The notes beneath the pieces are model-generated. The model was given only the letters and a program-made list of their open reading frames with translations, did no database searches and had not been told where the DNA came from. Shown here piece by piece: positions 13,091-28,535 of a DNA stretch of 64,000 nt (positions within the stretch are counted from its first letter, which is position 1; the number at the start of each line of letters is the position of its first letter). The stretch is from Eledone cirrhosa (taxonomy: Eukaryota): NCBI GenBank assembly GCA_964016885.1, contig OZ024741.1, positions 366,668,001 through 366,732,000 on the forward strand. Reading direction: 5' to 3'. Both the position numbers and the translations under genes were made by a program.

Positions 13091-13589
13091 ATATATATCA
13101 CAATATGTATTGATATATATATATATATAAATATATACATATTGTGATATATATCTATATGAATATATATATATATATATATGCATATTATATAACGTGT
13201 ACAGGCATATTATATAACGTATACAGGCACATATATATATATTCATATAAATATAAATATAAATATATATCACAATATGTATTCATATATATATATATAT
13301 ATGTATATATATTACAATATAGCTATAGCTATATTGTAATGGTTGAAAACTCCCAGCAAGCAATATTAGATTATATGGTGAATGTTCTGTTCTAAAAGGT
13401 TTTTATTCTCTCTTCTCCCAATCATAATTGAAATGATCTCAAATTTTTCTACAAAACCGTTGCCATTATCGATCTTTGTGGGTTTGTATTTATTTCTTTA
13501 ACTCTGCATTAAGTTCACTTTTAGTATTTTTGGTTGTTATTGTTGTTGTTGTTTCCGTCTCGTTAATTTTATTTCGTAAATGTCTTTGG

Positions 13590-13683
<94 letters not shown>

Positions 13684-13904
13684 CATATGTATGTATATAT
13701 ATATATATGGGTGTGTGTATGTGTGTGTGTGTGTATGTGTGTTACTTTTTTTCTCTCTTTATTCTAAGTATTATTTTCTTCTATCTGATGTCTTCTACTA
13801 TATTTCCAAAAAGAAAATTGTGTTTCATTATATTTCATTTCATTTTCTATTTGTTTCAAGGTTGTCATTCGTGTTATTAGTATATCACCAGCAGGGGAGT
13901 GACG

Positions 13905-14108
13905 TTGGATTGGCAGAATCGCTAGAATGCCGGAGAAAATATCTTGCGATATTTATTCCAGCTCTTTACGTTCTGAGTTCAAATCCCGCCGAGATCAACT
14001 TTGCCTTTCATCCTTTTTGGATCAATAAAATAAAGTCCTATGGTTGATTTAATCAACTAACATTTCCCTCAAAAAATGCTGCCCTTGTGCATAAATTAGA
14101 ACCTATTA
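13905..14108 (+). mobile_element. SINE family 1, older subfamily
   Basis: ttggcagaatcg...ctgagttcaaatcccgccgag..aactttgcctttcatcc. Similar decayed copies at ~20805-20945, 24600-24870 and 29748-29955. Confidence 0.78.
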
Positions 14109-14721
14109 TTAACCCTTTCATTACCATATTTCTAATGAAACACAATTTTGAAAATAATCAAGAATGTAGAGGGATTCAGTAAAATAACAATTTGTCTCGT
14201 TATTAAGTTAGCTTAACAAAGGTTATGGGAAAAGATATTTCTATAAATATAAGTGCTTTACAACAGCTTTTGGTGATACCAAATGAGTTAATATCACCAG
14301 CGGTGGGTTGGCACAGTCGTTAGAGCGCCCGTCGCAGAAAAAGCTTTCTCATGTTTTAGCTACAGCTCTAGCTTAAGGTTCTCCATTCAAATCCCGTTTA
14401 TAAAATCAACTTTTCTTTCCCCGTCTCTCAAGCCCAATAATATAATTACATACCAGCAATGTACTAAAACAATTCACTACTGTCCACTATTTTATATTGC
14501 ATTTTGTGAACAATAGCGTCGTTGGTTGGTTGAAAGGTTTCTAACTGCCTGAATCACTGGCTTATATCATTTCTAACGTCGAGAGTGACATGTTATTATC
14601 TGTGAAATTCAGTCGGAACAAAGACCACGCAGAGTCTTTTATTTCGGAAGCACCGTGTACTAGATTTGGGGATTTTGTCGCAGTTCATTACATCTTTCTC
14701 TTATATACATCGGCGTATGAT

Positions 14722-14768
<47 letters not shown>

Positions 14769-14769
<1 letters not shown>

Positions 14770-14958
14770 GTAGGTCCCGGGTTGAGTCGGGGATAACCAC
14801 AGTAAGTAAGGTACTCAATACATGGCAGAGTAAAATTTTTTTTATTTTATAGAAGGAGCTTCTACAGGACTAGTACTGTTTCATTCAGATGAAATCTTCC
14901 TGAAGATTTCATATGAATGAAACAGTACTAGTCCTGTAGAAGCTCTTTCTATAAAATA

Positions 14959-14968
<10 letters not shown>
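14769..14968. mobile_element. Family E fold-back element with HHR
   Basis: Tail 14769-14834 and palindrome 14835-14968 centred at 14900. HHR on + at 14896-14942: cttc-CTGAAGA-tttcatatgaat-GAAA-cag tactagtc ctGTA-gaag. Confidence 0.85.
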
Positions 14969-15044
<76 letters not shown>

Positions 15045-15049
15045 ATATA

Positions 15050-15141
<92 letters not shown>

Positions 15142-15147
15142 TATACA

Positions 15148-15239
<92 letters not shown>

Positions 15240-15405
15240 AGTGGATCACTATCATAAGTGATAGTTGAGAATGCCGTATAAAGTACAATTAGTGGTGCTT
15301 TTGCCTGATTTTCTCAACTATTTCTTATAGTTATCGACTATTATCATGGTCAGCTACGTTGAGACACACACATTTCAAATATATAAATGCGGTACTACAT
15401 ATTCG

Positions 15406-15507
<102 letters not shown>

Positions 15508-16832
15508 TGTATATATATATACATAACGAATTGACAGTCCCACATTGATGTGGTTGCAATTACGTGTAGAAGAACTTAATAAAATCATGTAGAATGGAGT
15601 AATATTTATCCAAATGGGAGTCGTTGATAGATGCTGCTTCTCTATTGGCTGAGAATCGGAAACGTGAAACTCCGAGTAGTGCACACAAACTCCGCTTTGT
15701 ATAAATAGTTTCAGTCAAGTAGATGTCCTTCCACGGGACACTATTATATATGCAAACCTATAGAGGAAGATACTTAGCCAAAATGCCGCGCACTCAGAAG
15801 TCTCATACCCAGGATCGTGTCGTTACGAAGCGAACTTCACCATATAACTACGGCTGCATCTGTTTAATACAATATAAATTATCAACTGTACCAACTGCAA
15901 CAGCAACAACAAGTGTATTCGGCCATTTTTCTGCTTAAGCAGGGGTTAGCCGTCAGGGCCTTTTGACAGGCTTCATAAACACCATATGGTACTTTTTTGA
16001 GGTAATGTTTTCCGACCAGATGCCCTTCCTGGTGCCAACCCTTTTAGTCGCCTCTTACGCCACGCTGATATAAAATGTGCCTATTCTAAACCAACTGCAC
16101 ATATCATTTGTTATATACTATTATATATCCTTTAAATGTTATGTACTTGTACTGTCGTATATCATTATATAATGCTGTATATCCTTATATATATCGTTAT
16201 ATATTGTTTATACCGTTATAAAGTGCTATATAATGGCATATAGTGTTATATAATTTCATCGTTATATAATTGTATATAATATATAGTTATAGAGACTTTT
16301 TTAGGCAATATATTGCGGCCGGATATCTTCTTAGCGCCAATCCTTTAACTCGCATCTTACGACATGCATGCCAGGAGAGGTTTCTTTTCGCATGGAGACC
16401 CCTGGGTAAAAAGATTCATTGAAGCCCTTGCGTACTATTTATGGTATCTGAAAACATCTAATTTCATGCCATTTAAATATTGTATGGCCTCTAGCAATAA
16501 CCAACTACTCAGCCCACACACTTAATCCGCCACTGGCGCGGTGATACTGTGTACCTATTCTAAATCAGATAAACACTGTACACTATAAGCTATAAGATAA
16601 AAGAAATAATTGGCGATGTGTGTTTTGAAGTAAATATCACTTTATAGAGTCAGTGGTTCATAAGGTTACATAATAGTCAATAAAGTAACGGAAACAGTTT
16701 TTTTTATACCTCAGTGTTTTGTGGACATTCAGCGAGCTGTTTGGCTGTTTCTAGTCAATAAACATTGATTTTATTGATCCATAAAACTGCCGACAGTGTT
16801 TTACTTAATATATATATACATATGTATGTATG

Positions 16833-16888
<56 letters not shown>

Positions 16889-16907
16889 TACATATATATG
16901 TATATAT

Positions 16908-16952
<45 letters not shown>

Positions 16953-16958
16953 CATACA

Positions 16959-16995
<37 letters not shown>

Positions 16996-17073
16996 GTGTG
17001 TATGTGTGTGTATATATATATATATATATCAAGTAGTTTGATTTCGCTATTATATATAGATACACACACACGC

Positions 17074-17133
<60 letters not shown>

Positions 17134-18043
17134 ACGTACATACATACGTACATGCATACATAAATACATACAAACAAACTATTGATACAAATGTGTATAT
17201 GTGTTGGAACTCCGTCGACTTCGACAACCTGAGTTCCAGCTGTTTAATGGAACAGCCGACTCAGGAAATTAATGTACAAATAGCTGAGTAGTATTCCACA
17301 GGCACGTGTCTCTTTAACGTTGTTTTCAGCCAGATTCAGCGTGATACAGTGCTTGACATGGTTGACCTTTTTGTATTACAAGTAAAACTGTTTTTCCAGC
17401 TTTGGTGACTGAAATAATGTGACTTGTTCAAGGACAGAACGCGCCGTCGAGAAACGAACTCACGACCGCAAGCTTGTTAGTCGAACACCTTAACTGCTAA
17501 GCATATTACGCGTCGGCCACTCTGATACAAATATAAATGTTACTTTAAATATATGTCCCAACAATAACTGGACTGAAGAGGATTATGGAGTTGAAACGCG
17601 TATGTTGATTTATTAACATAGTTCTTTAAATAAATATAGCAGAGGTTAGTCTCGACGTTCTTTGGTTATCAACTTATATAAGAAAGTAATTGATAAAAAT
17701 TACAATAGGTTTTATAGATTCCTTTTTCCCCTTTTTCAACAAGTGAATGAATCCGGATTTATCTTATTGACAGTGTAGGGATTTCAAATGGCATTTGTGG
17801 GTGCATCCAAGCATCCACGTGGCTGGAAAGAACTAGTGTCGCTATAGGGCAGACTCCACCATGTGATCTAAACCAACCAATGGAATGGAGGCTATTTTTA
17901 TAACATGCCACTTTAAGACTATTTCAATCACCCTACTATTTTAACGTCTGTGAAACCGCCGGTAATGCATAATTAAGTCAACCTGTTAATATAGATGTAT
18001 ATACATACATGTGTGTGTGTGTTTGTGTGTTTGTGTGTGTGTT

Positions 18044-18166
<123 letters not shown>

Positions 18167-19196
18167 GTGTGTGCGCACGTTTTTGAATAATTTAAAGTTA
18201 GTGACCGAAATTTTTTTTTATAAAGTTACAAAATTATTTCGAGAAATTCGGAGATTTTAGAAAATAAAATTAATTTTTCAGTCGTCTGAGATAGATGATG
18301 AACATCTTCCAATCTTCGTCTACAAAACATGGATAAATCCTTAGATTAATTATGAATCACTATATAAAAGAAAACGTCTGCAAAATGTAATTTTAGATAT
18401 ATTATCATTTTTTTCTTTTTTGACTTAAAGCAACATTTTTTTTAATGTTATATTAATAAATAAATAAAAATTAATAAATCTAATCTTTTCTGTTTCAGAT
18501 AATGTAGATGCTAATTCTTTTGGCTGTATTTCTATATTTTCTATTTTATTGGTACATTAAATCATTCACATTTGTATGTAGGCTGTGGGTGCCTGGGAGA
18601 GAGAGGGGGGGATAAAGAGGGGGGAGAGGGGGATAGAGGGTGAGAGAGAAAGAGGGAGAGAGAGGGAGAGAAAGAGAGAGAGCGTGTGAGTGTGTGTGCG
18701 TGCGCGCGATTCCAATAAAAAGTTCCTTTAAGTGGCATGTGTGTGTGTGTGTGCATGTTTGTAAATACATGGCCGTACACATATATACATGCATACATAT
18801 ATACATACATACATACATACATATATACATACATACATACATACATACACACATTCAAACATAGATACATACATACACACATACATACATGCGTACAAAC
18901 ATACATATGTAAGTGTGTGGTGCGTGTGTGTGTGTGTGCGTGTGTGTGTCCGTGTGCAAGTGTATGTGTGTGTGTAGGCCTACGCATTTACAAACGAATA
19001 TATACATGCTGTGCGTGGACATTTGAAAGATTATGCACACATAGACAGCGAGCGAATTTGCATTGTAATTTGATCACAGATCCTCCTAACCTTAATGCAT
19101 CTAGTCTACTTGACTACAATCTGCCACTTGAGCCCTGTCACGACACAATCACCCTAGAAGTGTACAATATTGATTTTTGTCTTTTATATCCTATAA

Positions 19197-19385
19197 GGAC
19201 GCGTGTGGCCTAGTGGTAAATGTGTTGGACTTAAGATCATAATGTCGTGAGTTCGATTCCTGGGCTTGGGTTGCGTGTTGTGTTCACGAGCAAAACACTT
19301 CATTTTACGTTGCTTCAGTATACTCAGCTGAAAATGAATACCAGCAATAACTGGGGGTTTAACCCTGCGATGGACTGGCGTCCAT
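19197..19385 (+). mobile_element. tRNA-derived SINE family 2
   Basis: tggcctagtgg A-box, gagttcgattcc B-box, core gtgttcttgagcaaaacactt. Other copies at ~29992-30140 (+), 40110-40225 (+), 5535-5670 (-) and 50820-50948 (-). Confidence 0.78.
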
Positions 19386-20344
19386 TTAGATATCTTACAA
19401 GGAGCAAGCACATATTTATTTATAAGATAGAATAAATATAGACTATTGATAATTAAAAATATCTATAATAAATACATACAGGATTAGATTAGATGAGATT
19501 AAATTAGATAGATAGACAAATAGATAGATATCTTTATTTATTTGCCACAAGGGCGTACAAAAATGGGATATTACAAGACGTGGCGGCGGGGGTACATAAA
19601 AATCATATAACATTAATGAATAACAAGATAGATAGATAGATAGATATATCGATACATTTTTTATAATTCCCTACTTGTACTTATATTTGTGGTTGTGTTG
19701 GTGTTTACCCAGAGTGAGTTAAACTAGCACCAACTAGTACATCAACAGAAACCACAGAAACCACACACCACACGCATGGTAATCACAAACACCCAACGCA
19801 AATATTGCCAGCCAATCACAAATCCAACGTTTGGACACTATATATGCGAGCATTGGATATTAGTTCAAGAGATGACTTGATCGTGCCGATTCACGTTTTC
19901 AACTATTCGCCTGCCTTTAGTTTTCATATAATTTAATGCAGGAAGTAGAAGTAAAACGCTAATAGAAATTAACGTGCAGTAATGAAAAAGTAATACAATC
20001 TTTAACAAACAGTATTTTTTTAATTATTTCAGCAAGGGATACGATTCTAGACATGTATAATGACATAAACTATGAGGTAGGGACTTCACAACATTCACCA
20101 TAGTAGTTATAAGTGAATCTACAAGACTGTACACTGGTTTGCATAGATGAAAGAAAATCATTATCATCATCATCATCATCCTCATCATGGTCCCTTAACC
20201 CTTTTCAGGCTCGTTGGGACACTGCAGTGTTGAATGCTGCATCAACTGCCTCCATCCCTGGATAACCCAAAGACACCATCCACATAAAAACAATAGTTAA
20301 GAAGGTGTTGACACATTTTTAATGCAAAACACATTGAAAATTAT

Positions 20345-20560
20345 TCTTTGGCAGTGGAGACTTCTGGTGTCCTCGGCCCTAGGGCTACCTCCTTACTCAC
20401 CACCATAGGCGCTGAACTGGCCAGCCGCAGGTGTGAGCCCCGCGAGTTGGAGTGACTCCTCCAGCGCGTCTCACTCGCCGTCCTCCGGGGAAACGCCTTC
20501 TCCATTCTGTCCGCCGGGGCTGTGGGTGGGCCCCATCGCGTATCGTTGTAGTTGTTGTAG
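20345..20560 (+). mobile_element. CRE-like (restriction-like endonuclease) non-LTR retrotransposon 3' fragment
   Basis: GC-rich island translating LAVETSGVLGPRATSLLTTIGAELASRRCEPRELE*LLQRVSLAVLRGNAFSILSA, typical of the CRE C-terminus; one stop codon. Confidence 0.75.
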
Positions 20561-21025
20561 AAGAAACAGGAAAACAACAACTGGAATGTCTGATTTTCTA
20601 GAACGTGATGTTTGCTTAGTATTTCGATATTAAGTAGAGTGTTTAAAGTGTCAATGATATATGCTTTTGTGTCTAGTGTGAGAAATTGGCTTCTTTACTA
20701 GCTTGTTCTAAGAGATATCCGTTAAATATAATTTTCCTTTTCTGATTATTTTAGTGAAATAGATGGAGGTAAGGGGCTAATGTTGCCAGATAGTGATGAA
20801 GACAGCGAATTCACGGAATCGTTAGAAGGTCGGTTAGAATGCTTCGCGGTATTTGTTTTGGATCTCTGCGCTCTGATTTCAAGGTCAACTTGGCCTTTCA
20901 CCCAATCGGGGTCGATAAATGAAGTATCAGTCCAGTACTGAGGTAACTCCTGCCCCCGCCCCTCTCTCTCTCCCTATATATATGTGTGTTTATGTATATA
21001 TATATATATATGTATATATATATAC

Positions 21026-21106
<81 letters not shown>

Positions 21107-21206
21107 AGGGCGGTGCCCCAGCATGGCCTCAGCCGGATGGCTGGAACAGGTAAAAGAGTAAAAGAGATATACACATATATATATTTATTTATTTATATAT
21201 ATATTT

Positions 21207-21264
<58 letters not shown>

Positions 21265-21268
<4 letters not shown>

Positions 21269-22090
21269 TACTTGGGGAGGGTCATATTTGCGTAATATTG
21301 CCAGAATTAATAACAGAACACACTCACTGTTTGGTTGGTTTTCGCTTCTCGCTGTCTTTTATATCTGCGATCTAACTTACTCGGTCCTCAATGTTGCCAT
21401 TGACTGACCGGCGGTCAAAAATAATACAGATACAATATAGACACAAACACATATATATATATATATAATTTACAAAAATCTTTCGTTGCACATCTGCAAC
21501 ATCGTCAGTGGTGTTATATTCATTGTTCCTCCTGTTGTGTTGTATGTCTACGCCATTTTTTATTCAGTCTGTCTATATATTTATTTTTTTATTTGCTTGT
21601 TTGTTTATCTTATTTTATTTTGTCTTCTTTGCGCATGCGTTTGCGTGTGTGTATAGTGTTATGTGTGATGTGTGACTAGTGTGTATAGTGTTGTGTGTGC
21701 TGGGTGACTAGTGTGTGTTTATGTGCTTGTTGTTATTGTGCTTGTGTATGTATTTATTTATCTTATTTTATTTAATTTTATTTACTTATTTATACTTCTC
21801 TTAGGTCAGTGTTGTTTGTTTGGGTGTTGTTGTTGTTCCACTCATTCTTTCTGTTTAGCTTTGGTCTTCTAATTTCTATTTCACTGGCCTCTCTGATTTG
21901 CCTATCTGCTGGGTCATTCCTATGTTTAGATATTATTCTAATTTCTATGTTGTCTATGTTACCGCCATGTTGTTGTCTAGCATGTTCGTATAGTACTGAC
22001 CCGTTTTGTCGTCCTTTTAGTTCCCCCCAGTGTTGGTCTATCCTTTCACCTATGCTACGAGCTGTCTCACCTATGTATGTTGTTGTCATA
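21265..22090 (-). mobile_element. 5'-truncated Penelope-like element: GIY-YIG C-terminal fragment + 3' UTR with HHR core
   Basis: ORF 21790-22089 reads YIGETARSIGERIDQH...RQIREASEI...PKLN. Minus-strand CTGACGA-t gttgca gatg tgcaac-GAAA at ~21481-21508. The terminus gttatacttggggagggtcat is shared with family D. Confidence 0.85.
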
Positions 22091-23263
22091 GAGAGAGAGA
22101 GAGAGAGAGATAGATAGAGAGAGAGAGAGAGAGAGAAATATATATATATTTCCCCTCTTTCCCTGAAGCAATCGGCTGTGTTCAGACCTGGAGAAGGATG
22201 GGCTCTACTGGATTATAAATGCCTAAGACCGTGTATCCTGGGGGCGCCCCTACGTCTACATCAAGAGATAAGGGTCCAAAGATACCAGATAATGGGAGAC
22301 ACTATTGGTTTGCAGCAAAAATTATGGTTCTTATTAAAGATTATTAGTTCCTTTATATGCCTCGTCTTGGACAATATAATCTATGACCAAAACCAATCAG
22401 ATTAACTATAATAACCATATACTTGCTATCCATTGAGAATCAAAGCATTATCGATTCGTGATCAAGACCTTTGTACATTAAAGCAAATACATTTCGATAA
22501 TTATCTATAATTGCTGAAATTACTCTGAAGTTAGAATATCTTCGATGTATATATTTGTGTGTATGTATGTACGTGTGCGTATGCATGTATGTATATGTGT
22601 AAGTGCATGTATTTCTGTTTGTATATGTGTATATGAGTGAATGTATGTCTGTATGTATGTTCGTATGTATGAATGAATGTATGTATGTATGTATGTATGT
22701 ATGTATGTATGTATGTATGTATGTATGTATGTATGTATGTATGTATATGTGTGTATCTATGCCTGCTTGTATGTATGTATGTATGTATGTATGTATGTAC
22801 GTATGTATGTACGTATGTATGTGTGTATGTATGTATGTATGTATGTATGTATGTATGTATGTATGTATGTATGGATGGATGCATGGATGCTTTTATGTAT
22901 GTATGTATGTATGTATGCATGTGTGTACGTATGTATGGATGATTGTATGTATGTATGTATGTTTGTATTATGAATGTATGTGTGTGTGTGTGCGTGCGAC
23001 CGAGCACGGTGGCATTTAATATCTGGTGAGATATAAAATCTACAGTTTATATCTGGTCAGTGTACATACGCTTGTCTGGTATCCGGAAAGATAATTACAA
23101 ACATATATATATGTGTGTGTGTGGTGTTGTGTGTGTGTGTGTGTGTAGTGAGAAAGAGAGAAAGAGAGACTCATTCATATATAGGTAAATACACACACAT
23201 ATATGTATAATGTAAATACAGATACATATATATATGTGTGTGTGTGTATATATATAAACACAG

Positions 23264-23314
<51 letters not shown>

Positions 23315-23653
23315 AAAGAATAGAGGTGTAACACACAAGTTATTATATATTGGTAAACGGAATAGAAAATGTTGACAAATTGTTCACAGTGAAAAATAGT
23401 TTAATTAGGAATAAATGATAATTAGTAATTGTATTGGTTAGTAATCAGTTTTGGTTTTAAGTTTTACCGGTTGCGCATTTCTAAATGCTTTTCAAAAATA
23501 ATTTTGAGATAGAGCGTCCGTGATGTTTGCTCTAATCGTGATGTTTGCTCTAATCAACACCCCACTCTCCAGAGCGTGAAATTAATAAACATTCGTTGTA
23601 CTGCCTCTCTGTTTTGTCCCTGTTCAAATTTTTCCATTATATATATATATATA

Positions 23654-23711
<58 letters not shown>

Positions 23712-23752
23712 TATATATGTATATAAATATATATATGTATATACATATATAT

Positions 23753-23801
<49 letters not shown>

Positions 23802-24384
23802 TACATACGTACATATATAGTTAAGCACTTAATGGTATTACTGCATTACTTAAAGTTTCATATACACATAAATTACGTCTTTGATCTTTTAGATGTAACT
23901 CATTAAAGGTGCTACTTCGGATTGCTGCTAAAGCTCCACCTTATTAATTATTATTAAAGTCTGGTAGATCACGTGCTCGAAAAGTCTGCTGGCTCTAATT
24001 TGTTACCACTAAAGTGTAATGCCTAATTTAACAAAGATTCTTATATAAAATGATTGTTTTTGTTTGGTTTGGTTTGGTTTAGTAGTTGCTTATGATTTCT
24101 GGTGATGGTAACAGTTATACATAATAAAGGTGTTGGGAGTGAGGAAGCCGGATGTGATGGTCAGATTTGTTCCCTAAAAGCAAAGTTAATGCGTGTTACG
24201 GGACTATACCATACCACATACACGAGACAGGTATCGATTGGTTACAGAAGCCAAACAATGAAAAGACGAGGAAAATAATGCCATTTTTACCTCCTTTTTT
24301 ACCTCCAGAAGAGTCGAATTCCCACTGTCATCGTTCCATCTCTCTCACCCTCCTCATCTCTCTGTATTATGAGTAAATGGGGTG

Positions 24385-24460
24385 GCACTTGCTGACCGCT
24401 CCGACGGCTGCGGCGGACAGAATGGAGAAGGCGTTTCCTCGGAGGATGGTAAGGGAGATT
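24385..24460 (-). mobile_element. Second CRE-like 3' fragment
   Basis: Minus strand reads SLTILRGNAFSILSA and shares ggaaacgccttctccattctgtccgccg with 20489-20516. Confidence 0.7.
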
Positions 24461-25378
24461 AGCATATTTCAAGATAAATATAAACCAACAGTTTTTAAAC
24501 AGAACCGTGGTCGGTTTATGTAGTTCGGTATCAAAAGGGTTAAACCATACCATAAATATATGGTGGCTTTATGACCCAATGGCCTACGGCAGCCACCATT
24601 ACCAGCTTTATATTTAAGTTGTGGTTCTTTATGAGTTCAGATGTCACCGAGGTCTACTTTGCCTTTCATCCTTCCGGGGTCGATAAAATAAAATACTAGT
24701 CAAGTACTGGGGTAGACTTTTCTCCCTTCCCAAAATTTACTGACCTTATGTCCAAATTAGCCTAACGGGATCGATGAAGTAAAGCACCGGTAATGAACCG
24801 GGGTCGATTTAAATTACTTTCCCCTCCCCTAAAATTGTTGGCCTTTTGCCTAAATCAGAAACTATTATAGAACCAGGAGCGTGTTCAGGTGAATTAGTAT
24901 CAAGAGCGTTAATCTGATGTTTGAAACATAACTTGATAAAGATTCCTATATAAAATTATGATGGAAGATATTTATTTAAATATACACATTTGTATATATA
25001 AACAGCATCGAAATATAGAAACAAGAGCAGTTTTTAGAGGTTTAGTATTAAAAGGAACAAGGCAGAAATAGGAACTTTCAGTAAGTGTTCAACTCAATCC
25101 ACGAGAAATGGTTGGTATTGACAACACTACAAGGAAGAGAGATCACGGAATGTTAACCCCAGAAATAGTTCTATTAGAGAAAAACTACACTATTTATAGC
25201 CGTTGCCATCGTAGTAAAAACAGCATAAAATATCCACTTCGATAATAATTTCACCCGATCGGCACTGTGGCATCGATAGCGTCACATCACCTCCACATGA
25301 TAAGAAACAATTATTGATAGAATTGAGAAGTAGTTGTTATGTTAATTGGTAAACTTCGCCACCATTTTCGCCGTCAAA

Positions 25379-25428
<50 letters not shown>

Positions 25429-25544
25429 TTCTCCCTCTCCCTCTCTTTCTTTCTTTCTCTCTCTCTTCCATTTCACACGCATGCACACACATACACAAAC
25501 ATGTATATATATATATGTGTGTGTGTGTGTATTTATATAAGTAT

Positions 25545-25613
<69 letters not shown>

Positions 25614-26285
25614 TATACATATATGCATGTACATACGTATAAATGTACATGTGTGTGAGTGTGTGTGCGCGCACGTGTGTGTGTGTAACATACATACATA
25701 CATACATACATACATACATACATACATACATACATACATACATACATACATACATACATACATACATACATACATACATACGTGTGTGTATGTAATGTAG
25801 GCGTGTACAGGTACAGATACGTGAAGCTGCAGCAACAGAAGCAGCAGCAGCAGCAGTGACGTCTACGAACAAGTTTTCTCATTATTCTAGTTACATTTCT
25901 TCTTGCATTATTTATAGATTCATAATATCTCCTGCTGGTCTTCATTTAGCCAAACCATTGTGTTCTGTGATTTGAACACCAAGCAATTCATTCGTATAGT
26001 TCCGATTCGTAAAAGAGAGTTAGTTACTCTTCTTAAAAGAAAATTAGAATGTTCCCAGCAGACTAAATAACGTATGGATATTAATATCGCTTTAGCTAGC
26101 TTTCTTTTCTATGCTATTCTGTTCTTGCCCGACTTGTTGAGACAGAACAACCAACTTAGACAAAGTAGCCAAATAAAAGTATAACAATTACTAGAGTTGT
26201 GTGTAGATAGGTATATTTGTACGTATATAAGTATATATACATACTTATATACATAAGTATGTATATAAGTATATATATATATATG

Positions 26286-26386
<101 letters not shown>

Positions 26387-26690
26387 TGCTATGGTTATAT
26401 AGCTTCTAATTGTATGGAAGGAAGCATGGATGGCGCGTTGGTGCAATGTTAACACATTGGCCCGGGTGACCAACGATGTGGTTACTTGTCCCAAGTACGT
26501 CAATACTCATCTTTTTTTTTTCAATTCAGAGGGTTTTTAAATCCCAACTAACAGACTAATTCTATTTATTCAAATACGGCGTAAGCACACGTTACTACCT
26601 AATTTTCAAATTCGCTAGCCGTTTGTAAAGAAAGCCTGCTTTGCGTCTCTCTGTTTATATACATATATATGTATGCATGTACAGTATATA

Positions 26691-26903
26691 TATTCATTTA
26701 TTAAGGCCAAATAGTGAGACTTATTACTTTGGAGTTTCGTCTGCTTCTCACAACATTACAGATCTTGTCTGGAGCCCCTGTGAGAAACAGGCGAAACTCC
26801 AGAGTAACAAAACTCACTATTTAGCCTTCATATGAAATGAATATTTAAACTCTACTTCGGTATTGAGTACTCTTTTCTCTCAGCTGTGAACTACATACGG
26901 ATA
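26691..26903 (+). mobile_element. Family F fold-back element (degenerate)
   Basis: Homologous to 34911-35131; retains the stem III GAAACTC ca GAGTA. Confidence 0.8.
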
Positions 26904-27092
26904 TAGTTTGAACGTATACGCGAGCTAAATATTCTCAGAGTGCTAACAAAATGTATATTTGTAATGGAGCGGTTGCACGTGGTACTTACCGGACCCATGG
27001 GTTTCTGCAAGTGGAGACAGATGCCACTTACCATTTGCCAGTTACAATAATTGCATAAGTGCATCTATGCATTCCAAAATTCTGCAATGCTT

Positions 27093-27224
<132 letters not shown>

Positions 27225-27297
27225 TCATATACATACATATATATATGTATGTATATATATATATATACATAATGTTTAAAATTTGGCTTCGTTTATT

Positions 27298-27352
27298 ACT
27301 GCTATATATATTTCGGTGACAGCTATCTTTGGCTGTAACCTCTTCAGGTAGT
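27298..27352 (-). ncRNA. Type I hammerhead ribozyme motif of a further PLE 3' end
   Basis: actac-CTGAAGA-ggttacagc caaagata gctgtcacc-GAAA-tatatATA-gcagt; one mismatch each in stems I and II; AATAAA follows. Confidence 0.68.
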
Positions 27353-27599
27353 CCGAATTAGTGTGGTAGAGACGAGTACACATGTTGTTGAGGTGTATAA
27401 CTTTGTCAATACTCTGATATGCCCAGTTCCTGGTTGGGTTGTTGTTTCATTGAGGAACTGGAATCATATGATTATTTATTTTATTTTATTTTACATTACT
27501 CCGGAGTAACCAAACCAAACTGCGCACTACGTCGAGTGCTCCAATCTGCATACTGAAGTGTAGGTACACAACCAACATATACTCAAAATATATATATAC

Positions 27600-27669
<70 letters not shown>

Positions 27670-27711
27670 GTATAAATATATAAATATATATAGATGTGTG
27701 TGTGTGTGTGA

Positions 27712-27766
<55 letters not shown>

Positions 27767-28048
27767 AATCATGAAGTCTATCCCACTGCGTAGCATCTAA
27801 GACAAATGCCTTTACTATAACCTCAGATCAACTCAAACCATGAGAGTGAAATTGGATAGACGGACGCTGTTTGGACGCCAGTCGGATTGACTGTACTTGT
27901 ACTTTAAAGGTGCAGGTTTGTGAAATATTGTGTCACGCTGATCCTGGTTGATCGAACGACAATGTTCGGCTTCAAAACCTACGAAGGATCCATCACAATA
28001 ACATATATCTTATTTCACATTAAAATATGTAGAATCCATACGTCAATT

Positions 28049-28476
28049 ACTTCAATTTATTATATATTTATAAATTTATAAATTTATAAATTTCTGGTTG
28101 GTTGGTTGGTTCCACAACCAGATAGTTGTTTATATATAGTCATAGTTCTTTCGTCACACACTCTGTGACCTCTTCAGTGACTGGGGATTCCTTTCTTTGT
28201 TTCTGTGCCTCTCCTTTGTTCTGTCCTACGCCATTTTGTTTCACACACAGAAACAAAATGGCGTAGGACAGAACAAAGGAGAGGCACAGAAACAAAGAAA
28301 GGAATCCCCAGTCACTGAAGAGGTCACAGAGTGTGTGACGAAAGAACTATGACTATATATAAACAACTATCTGGTTGTGGAACCAACCAACCAGAAATTT
28401 ATAAATATATAATAAATTGAAGTGAAAGCAACTGGTGCGTGTGTTTCTTATTGGCAACATGACCCTCCCAAAGTAT

Positions 28477-28482
<6 letters not shown>
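28049..28482 (+). mobile_element. Family D fold-back element with HHR
   Basis: Palindrome 28049-28423 centred at ~28245, continuing to gtataacaa then (TA)n. Confidence 0.88.
28310..28354 (+). ncRNA. Minimal type I hammerhead ribozyme (family D)
   Basis: agtca-CTGAAGA-g gtcaca gagtg tgtgac-GAAA-g aa CTA-tgact; 5-bp stem I and 6-bp stem II. Confidence 0.78.

Positions 28483-28535
<53 letters not shown>

Noticed and set aside
13030-13300. Small inverted repeats within TA-rich sequence
   Set aside because: Short, low complexity, with no ribozyme or tail; likely a local microsatellite rearrangement.
17573-17606. Intact hammerhead CTGAAGA...GAAACGCGTA
   Set aside because: Core present, but stems I and II do not pair convincingly; at best a decayed PLE end.
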